DNA of 64,000 bases from Cyanobacteria bacterium P01_H01_bin.105 (GTDB taxonomy: Bacteria > Cyanobacteriota > Cyanobacteriia > Phormidesmidales > Phormidesmidaceae): positions 39,267 through 103,266 of the forward strand of contig JBCDFI010000001.1 of the NCBI GenBank assembly GCA_039178155.1, read 5' to 3'. Positions 57,584 to 64,000 of this stretch are shown piece after piece. Numbering within the stretch: position 1 is the first letter of the stretch; every line of letters starts with the position of its first letter. The position numbers were made by a program, and so were the translations under genes. The notes beneath the pieces were generated by a model that saw only the letters and a list, made by a program, of their open reading frames with translations, was not told the origin of the DNA and did not search any database.

Positions 57584-58369
57584 ATGAACGAGCAAAATAC
57601 TGAGCTACAACCAACTACTAAGAGCCCTTTTAATCAAATAGTGCAGACTGGCGAGTCAGGAAATGAGTACTGGAGTGCTCGTGATTTAATGACGCTTCTC
57701 GGATATACCCAGTGGCGTAATTTCCAAACAGCTATCGAGCGAGCTAAACATGCTTGTAAAAACGCTGGAACCCTTGAAAATTCCTAATTTGTTGGCGTCA
57801 ACAAATTAGGAAAAACAGGGCTAGGCCTAGACAGAGAAATTTCTGATTACCATCTTGCTCGATTTGCTTGCTACCTTGTTGCAATGAACGGAGACCCGCG
57901 TAAACCTGAAATTGCTGCGGCACAGGCTTATTTTGCTGTTAAAACCCGCCAAGCTGAACTAACGATGCTCCCAGAAGCCGCGATCGAAGCCCAAAGACAG
58001 GCGGCCCCAGTTCCATCGCTCAACCAAATCAAGCAAGATCGTCGCGAGATAGGCGCAACTTACGGCAAAGACGCAGCAGAATTATTCTATGTAGGAGTCT
58101 TGGAGCACTATTACCCTGAGTACGCAAGCTACCTTAAACTTTCCACGTCGTTTCCTGAACGCACGGAACGAGACCAATTCATCGCCAAACATCGCAAACG
58201 TCCGAAACCGACTCCGTCAGAGATACGGGACTACCGCGAATATATACTCAATATGGATGGACTGGAAGCAGCAGATGCTGCTGAGATGGAATTTTTGAGG
58301 GAGTTTTATCCTAAAATTGTTGAGGCCAGGCTGAAAGCGAGAAACCAGGCCCAGCTACCTGAGAACTAG
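57584..58369 (+). pseudogene. dinD: DinD-like (Bro-N-related) gene split by an in-frame TAA
   Basis: EYWSARDL..LLGY..WRNF, TAA at 57785-57787, then the same frame continues DYHLARFACYLVAMNGDPRKPEIAAAQAYFA. Confidence 0.8.
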
Positions 58370-58477
58370 CTACCTGCACTTGGTCTGTTTACTATCGTTC
58401 AATAGCCCTACTAACACCCTCCTACCTAGCCTCTAGCCACAAGAACCTGTACAACTCGCCTTCTTCGTTTCTTATAT

Positions 58478-58714
58478 TCAGGAGTCGCGAGACTCCTCCT
58501 CTGACACCTCCCTAAACAATTCTTCAAACCGGCAGTCCACCACTTCACATAGAGCCAGTGCCGTGGGTACTGCGATTCTTTCGTGCCTGAACTCAATGTT
58601 CAGATATTTGGTGATCGTAGTACTACTGAGGCCCGAACTCTCTGCAAGGTCTTTAGCTTTTAACCCCTTTTCCGCTGCCAGCACCGACAGTCGGGACACA
58701 ACATATTTACTCAT
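58478..58714 (-). CDS. XRE (HTH_26-like) regulator
   Basis: SRLSVLAAEKGLKAKDLAESSGLSSTTITK...LCEVVDC...LF. Confidence 0.85.
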   Translation of the reverse strand: MSKYVVSRLSVLAAEKGLKAKDLAESSGLSSTTITKYLNIEFRHERIAVPTALALCEVVDCRFEELFREVSEEESRDS

Positions 58715-58784
58715 TGATAACCTTGATTACCTTTGGTGACGCTGGATAAAAGCAGCGTAGCATTAAAATAATACAGTTTCACGC

Positions 58785-58813
58785 TTGACAGTCTTCTTTA
58801 GATCTCATATAAA
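58785..58813 (+). promoter_or_regulatory. Sigma70-type promoter divergent from the XRE gene
   Basis: TTGACA-17-TATAAA. Confidence 0.65.
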
Positions 58814-58872
58814 TAAATCAAGGCGCACCGCTACAGCGCTATTCGACACATTCGCTTTTAAGGATTTAACCA

Positions 58873-59427
58873 ATGATCTTTACTACTTTTTCCGTTCCTA
58901 CGCTTCAGACTCCGGCAATTCGCGCTCGCCGTTGGTGGGCTAATGGTGGTCAAGAAATCACACTACGCGCCATTGAGCACAGAGCGGAGATGTTCTCCAA
59001 TTTCCTAACCCAGCTTATGTTGGACGCCATCGATTCGGGCATTATTGTTCGTCGTTGGTGGGAGAACCGTGGCAAAGACCAGGCAGTGGAATTGGCCTGG
59101 TTTGCTGCTCGCGCGATCGCACTAGCCACTATGCTCTTGGCTTGCCTGGTCTGCGTAGCTATCTATTGGGTTGTTCGCTCGTTCCGTTCTGCATCTGTTG
59201 TCCTATGCTGGGTTGCCAGTGAGGGGGTACCTGCAGGGGTGAATATATTAGATAGGACTGTTGCTTTCGTGCTTTGTTACGAAGCGAACCCGCACCAACA
59301 GGGACGATTGACTACCACCTCTGCGATCGCACCTTCACCCGCTTCGGTTTACTTCGATTCCACCGACCGGGAGGTGCAGGAAATGGTTGAGTGGGCCAAA
59401 GCTAAGTGGCCCCAGCTGAACAGCTAA
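58873..59427 (+). CDS. Membrane protein
   Basis: RBS AAGGA; central TM helix; duplicated RRWW.N.G motif. Confidence 0.65.
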   Translation: MIFTTFSVPTLQTPAIRARRWWANGGQEITLRAIEHRAEMFSNFLTQLMLDAIDSGIIVRRWWENRGKDQAVELAWFAARAIALATMLLACLVCVAIYWVVRSFRSASVVLCWVASEGVPAGVNILDRTVAFVLCYEANPHQQGRLTTTSAIAPSPASVYFDSTDREVQEMVEWAKAKWPQLNS

Positions 59428-59438
59428 CCCTGTTGTCA

Positions 59439-59478
59439 GGAGGGAGAGCTACTCGGTAGGCCTCCCTCCTCCTTCTTT
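59439..59478. terminator. Terminator between convergent genes
   Basis: GGAGGGAG.GC...CCTCCCTCC stem followed by a T-rich tail. Confidence 0.6.
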
Positions 59479-60011
59479 TAGGGCTCTAGCGTTTCACTTT
59501 CAGCTCCATCGATCTGCCACTGATATCCACCTTTAGCGTCCCAGTATTCCCAAAAGTGCCATATTACGATTCGGCTGGTCAGCTGTATTAGTGTCAGGTC
59601 ATCAATCTCTAGCGCTAACCTGATCAGCGCTGCATTATACTCACTTACTCTTATCTGCTTTAACCGATGCTGGTTCTTCCGGGCCTCTTTAGCATCGACT
59701 ATTTGTCTTAGGGGGGAGTCTTCGAATCTGGGTCGTAGTCCATTAGCCCAGGGCTCCAGATTATCCTCCAACAAATCCTGGTAATAGTCCCCCTCAAAGC
59801 CCTGGTAGCCTCGGGCTTCTGCGTCGAGCTTGCCTGCTTCCAGGTAGTAATCAATATTCACCCGAAAGAAATCTGCGATCGCCCAGTTGACGAACCCGGT
59901 TTGTGTCCAGCCCTTAGCCAAGTTCTTAGGTGGGCAAACCACTTGAAATTGCTTTTCGAATAGTTCTGGAGGCAATACCAGGTAGCTGGTGGCGATTTCC
60001 CTGTAGCGCAT
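59478..60011 (-). CDS. Hypothetical protein
   Basis: 177-aa ORF, no recognised motif. Confidence 0.6.
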   Translation of the reverse strand: MRYREIATSYLVLPPELFEKQFQVVCPPKNLAKGWTQTGFVNWAIADFFRVNIDYYLEAGKLDAEARGYQGFEGDYYQDLLEDNLEPWANGLRPRFEDSPLRQIVDAKEARKNQHRLKQIRVSEYNAALIRLALEIDDLTLIQLTSRIVIWHFWEYWDAKGGYQWQIDGAESETLEP

Positions 60012-60339
60012 GTGTGTGTGCGGGCCTTAGCGGACGATCAGTACAGTCTAGGCGATGCCAAGGGGTAGGGCAAAGGGTTCATTTGAAATATGGTAAGTCA
60101 ATAAATGCCACATGTAAGGCAAAAAGTGCTAGTCTCTTAAGAGGTGGTCCACAAATGGGCCATTTTTGTCCCACTCATATTCGTTAGACGTTTATGCCAA
60201 AGGCAGCTACCACTATTCGAGTGCGGATAGAAAAACCGGTTTTGGACCGGTTAAAGCAGCATTTTCCGAATGCTTCGGTCAGTGTTGCGATCGCACTTCT
60301 TTTGCCAACTTCGAAATCACATTCACAGGGGAATGGGCT

Positions 60340-60831
60340 ATGCCCAGAAAATTCACCACATTAGGCTTGAGCTTCGGGGCTGCCAGTTTGCTTGTCCCCG
60401 CTTTTGCTGTGTACCACCATTCAGCACTATCTCAGCAGGCCTACACGGCTAGTAATCAGGAGCAAGCGCATTTGTCTTGGGCTATGGCCGAGTCGGCTCC
60501 TGTAGATAGCGAAGAGGCTATAGCGCGGGCTCAACAGTGCATCATTGCTCGTAATAGGGATATGACTCCCTCTTCGACAATTTTCAATCGCAAATTTGCC
60601 TTCGACAGCCCTGAAGATGCGCAATCACAGGAAGGCAGGTTTTACTGCGCCTTGGATGGCTCGACGATCCAAATTATCAACGGTAGAGCGGACCTTCCTG
60701 TGAAGGTTGCCCCTGAGGATATGGACCAGTATTACTCTCTTCTAATTGACCATCACAATGTTGATGCCCAACAGATACTCGACTTCAAAGCTGAATTTTC
60801 AGGTAGGGAAAACAGGGAGCAAGTTAAATGA
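60340..60831 (+). CDS. Exported or membrane-anchored protein
   Basis: Signal-like N-terminus from ATG 60340; coupled to the next gene (ATGA). Confidence 0.65.
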   Translation: MPRKFTTLGLSFGAASLLVPAFAVYHHSALSQQAYTASNQEQAHLSWAMAESAPVDSEEAIARAQQCIIARNRDMTPSSTIFNRKFAFDSPEDAQSQEGRFYCALDGSTIQIINGRADLPVKVAPEDMDQYYSLLIDHHNVDAQQILDFKAEFSGRENREQVK

Positions 60832-61676
60832 CAGCAGGAAGATACTCAGGCAGACGCAATCGGCCTATTAATAGAGGGAGACCTGACCCCAGATCTCCTC
60901 ATCGTACGGATCGCCGCCAGTTCTACGCCAGTTCTACTCAGGGTCGAGGGCCTCATTCCCCTCGGCGCACCACTAGTCGCACTTCGTCACGAACGTCACG
61001 AACGTCTCGACATACTTCTAGCAGTAAATACGACCCTGTTATTAACGGGGCTCCAGGCCGGGTTTTTGCACTAGTTCTGGGCCTTTGGTCCATTGCTATA
61101 AACGTGATCAACGTCTACAACCATTTTGCGCCCGAAGCGACGTCCAGATTCGTGGCAACCGGGATTCTGAATTTCATTGCGGCGTTGCCCGTATTCAGTT
61201 TCCTGGCTTTCGTGTTCCGCTTAGGTGCAGGCATTCTCGCTTTCATGACTTTTATGACCATGCGGGATAAAAAGATTCTGGTTAACCCAATCTGGCTAAT
61301 CCTCCTCTTTACCTGCGTTTATGCGGCGGTTGTTGGCATAACGGAGGTCATTCTCACATTCCCCATCATCCTCGCGGCTTATATAGTGGCCGCGTTGCAG
61401 TACGCCGAGATTATTTTCTGGAATGCTCGGAGACGTACGACCTGGTTATGGTTGCTCGTTATAGCTGCCTATTCCATGGAGGTCTGGCTTCAGTACCAGA
61501 TGATGCCGTTCCATGTAGATTACCAGACGAGTTTAGGGTTTCTCGCCGGTTTGATGAGTCTGGGCGAATTTAATTGGATGGGGTTTGAGCCTCTTCAGTG
61601 CTTCTTTGCCCTCATAGGTATTTTCGGCATCGAGATATCTGAGCGGTTGCTTAAAATCGTGGAGAAATATGCATAA
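60828..61676 (+). CDS. Polytopic membrane protein with an Arg-rich N-terminus
   Basis: Highly basic first ~65 aa followed by about 6 TM segments. Confidence 0.75.
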   Translation: MTAGRYSGRRNRPINRGRPDPRSPHRTDRRQFYASSTQGRGPHSPRRTTSRTSSRTSRTSRHTSSSKYDPVINGAPGRVFALVLGLWSIAINVINVYNHFAPEATSRFVATGILNFIAALPVFSFLAFVFRLGAGILAFMTFMTMRDKKILVNPIWLILLFTCVYAAVVGITEVILTFPIILAAYIVAALQYAEIIFWNARRRTTWLWLLVIAAYSMEVWLQYQMMPFHVDYQTSLGFLAGLMSLGEFNWMGFEPLQCFFALIGIFGIEISERLLKIVEKYA

Positions 61677-63514
61677 TGCTACCTTCATCAGGAGAAAGAC
61701 AGCAACAAAAGCATTTACCTGTAGATGGCATGGACGGCTTAACTAAAGTTGGCCAAGGTGCGATCGCGCGTATTGAAGACATTGAGGTGGCTGATCTTGA
61801 TTTCATAGGACAGAAGTGCCCTCAGATGAAGTCTGGCCATAAAGCAATTCTCTACATATTGCTCGCCGTTGGCTCTTTGATTAATCCATCCCAGGCGGCC
61901 TGGGCCAGCATGAATCTGGTCATCGTACCCATCGTTATGGGCGTACTCAATGGTGCTATGGGCATCTTGATGGTCGGTCGGGCTGCCGAGGAGGATGAGC
62001 GGATTGACGGGGAGGAAGAAGAAGAGGGCGATTCCGTCGTTGATGTAGACGCGGTAGAGGTTGGCGAGGCTGATGAAGACGGAGGTGGCAACGATCAGTC
62101 TAATCAACCTCACGAGTCGGTTGGCTTAAACTCTCGACGTTCTACCACTCGTACTGCCGATTCTCCACCTACTAGCCCTCGCTCCACCCGTAGAAGCTAC
62201 CAAACCGGTGTCGGTTCACCCCCTCGTCAAAATCAGACCCAGGGGCCTAACCCTTCTGACACTGCCAGTCGTTCCGACTCCCTCTTCGAACCCAGTCCTT
62301 GGACGGAACCTCTAGGCCGACCTGTTCGTGGGGAACTTCCCAATGCCCATGGCGATCAGCCTCTTACTGAACAAGAAGCGCAGCGAGCCATGGCTGAGTT
62401 TTTGGGTGAAACTCCCACTCCTGTTGAGCAGGACCCTCCTGTAGAGCCAGTAGAGTTAAGAGCTGACACACCTCATTTACTGCTTTGGGGTCGCACCCAG
62501 TCCGGTAAGACCACAACAGCTGCCCGGCTTTTTAAGGGGTCCGTTTGGTATGTGACTGTGAAGGTGCGAGATTCAGTCCCCCAGGGTTGGAAATCTTTTA
62601 GAATCAATCCCCAGTTCGCTGACGCACAAGTGAACTGGGTTCTTGACCAGTGGGAACCTGTTTTCTACCAACATCTGGATGACATGGCCCAGGGCTCCAG
62701 TTGGTTTGTAGTAGACGAGATTATCTCAATCTGCGAGTTAGTGGAGGGTTCCACAGCTAAGCGCCTGGTCAGCTTCATCAAACAAATCATCACAGCCGGT
62801 GCTTCGGCTGGGGCTTTCGTCTGTCTAATGACCCAGGCAACCAACGCGGGGGCCTTAGGGTTCTCTGCAGACTTGCTTCGCAATTGTGCGGTGGTGGCTT
62901 GCAGTGGACAGCGAAAAACCAATTTGCAGATGGCCAAGGCATTCTCCAAGTACACCGGTTACACCTTCACAGACGAGCAGTTATCTCGTATTGGGGAGCT
63001 AAATGGCTATTGGCAGATTTGGGACAACGATGGTCCCTGTCTCTCGCAGTTTGACCCGTCTCAGATCGCGATGAAGGCTCCAGAAAAGTGTCCGGAAGAG
63101 TTGGGTAAAAAACCTGAGTATAAAAATATACCTAAAAACCTAAGTGGGGACTCCTCCGATGAGGACGCCTATCACGCCGTAGAGCGACGTCGCAAAGCCC
63201 CTAAAAAACGGCTTAAGTTGTCTGATAAGGTCCCCACTCTGACCAAAACCTATGCGGACGTGATTACACAGATCATTCGTTGGTTCGAAGGGACCGATCT
63301 TAGTGGTGAAGAGTTTTACGTTGAACTTTCTGAAAAGGACCTCTACAGGAAATTCAGGTCCGATGAGAGGGCTGCCATACAACCTTATATAAAACCCCTT
63401 CTAAAACACATTGCAAAATCGAATTCTGACTTTGAACAAGGGGAAACTGAAGACGGTATGTTGACATTAGTTTTTCTAAAAGAAGAAGCATTAATGTCAA
63501 TAGAGTTTGAATAA
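61676..63514 (+). CDS. Membrane-anchored FtsK/TraB/HerA-like ATPase
   Basis: Two TMs, P/S/T linker, PHLLLWGRTQSGKTT, FVVDE, CLMTQ, separate C-terminal domain. Confidence 0.75.
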   Translation: MLPSSGERQQQKHLPVDGMDGLTKVGQGAIARIEDIEVADLDFIGQKCPQMKSGHKAILYILLAVGSLINPSQAAWASMNLVIVPIVMGVLNGAMGILMVGRAAEEDERIDGEEEEEGDSVVDVDAVEVGEADEDGGGNDQSNQPHESVGLNSRRSTTRTADSPPTSPRSTRRSYQTGVGSPPRQNQTQGPNPSDTASRSDSLFEPSPWTEPLGRPVRGELPNAHGDQPLTEQEAQRAMAEFLGETPTPVEQDPPVEPVELRADTPHLLLWGRTQSGKTTTAARLFKGSVWYVTVKVRDSVPQGWKSFRINPQFADAQVNWVLDQWEPVFYQHLDDMAQGSSWFVVDEIISICELVEGSTAKRLVSFIKQIITAGASAGAFVCLMTQATNAGALGFSADLLRNCAVVACSGQRKTNLQMAKAFSKYTGYTFTDEQLSRIGELNGYWQIWDNDGPCLSQFDPSQIAMKAPEKCPEELGKKPEYKNIPKNLSGDSSDEDAYHAVERRRKAPKKRLKLSDKVPTLTKTYADVITQIIRWFEGTDLSGEEFYVELSEKDLYRKFRSDERAAIQPYIKPLLKHIAKSNSDFEQGETEDGMLTLVFLKEEALMSIEFE

Positions 63515-63922
63515 GTCCACAAGATAAGAAAAATATTTTTAGTGTTTGTCCACAAAAATACAGAATTAAAAAAAAACATTTTTCTGCCCATTTTCCCTAT
63601 TTTTTCTCAGCTGGCTTGTGGACGTGGACGTGTGGATAATCTGTCCAACCCTTATCCCATATGAGTGGACGCGAATCCACAGTTGTGGACAATTTGTCCA
63701 CAAATCCACAAGAAATGGACGCTCTGTGGACAAGAAAACCGCTTTTTGTGGACACCGGCAAGAGAGCGATCGCTATAACCCTTATAGGGCAGTTGTGGAC
63801 GCGATTTTATCTTTGTCCACAGAGCGTCCATTTTTGTCCACACTCGCACTACTTATGGCCTACTATGTCGACCAAAACCCTTATGGGACAGATGTGGACG
63901 TTATTTAATGTTCGTTGGACAG
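63514..63922. repeat. GTCCAC/GTGGAC repeat array (DnaA-box-like)
   Basis: More than 12 copies or variants; perfect DnaA box TGTGGATAA at 63631-63639; 21-bp inverted repeat 63713-63733/63813-63833; ACCCTTAT x3. Confidence 0.8.
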
Positions 63923-64000
63923 TACAATTTCAGGGGTGAATCAGAATGGCACATTTCAAAGCATCAGTAACTAGCCACGAAAACGCCGTAATTATTAATA

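Noticed and set aside
63385-63939. Short ORFs across the GTCCAC array
   Set aside because: Repetitive VD/WT/ST peptides are by-products of the DNA repeats.
1-64000. Alternative genetic code (reassigned TGA or TAA) explaining the in-frame stops
   Set aside because: TGA and TAA end many otherwise complete genes here and long ORFs are intact under the standard code.
1-64000. tRNA/rRNA genes, integrase, transposase, prophage att sites
   Set aside because: None recognisable by eye; the element boundaries appear to lie outside the window.

Overview
Part of a large temperate siphovirus or phage-plasmid of a cyanobacterium (frequent HIP1 GCGATCGC octamers, Uma2, nblA, pentapeptide repeats). 1-11.6 kb holds the minus-strand morphogenesis genes (portal, protease, capsid, neck, tail tube, tail chaperones with a -1 frameshift, start of the tape measure). 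The lambda gpA-like terminase genes lie about 38 kb away at 49.5-52.5 kb. The gap is an AT-richer accessory island with an SF2 helicase behind a structured leader, NACHT/STAND NTPases, an Mrr-type nuclease, two Bell-domain/amyloid-motif + NLR modules, a glycine-rich membrane operon, antirepressors and an Ocr-like DNA mimic. The island is punctuated by a recurring TTAAGGATTGAAA-anchored intergenic element. To the right are nblA, two unrelated repeat arrays resembling origins or binding sites, and a membrane/FtsK-like ATPase operon. Best candidates for new biology: (1) a Bell-amyloid gene joined in frame to its NLR across a single TGA, suggesting readthrough; (2) the repeat-delimited cassette array; (3) a possible TraB/clt-like DNA transfer module. 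All calls were made by eye from motifs; no database search was run.
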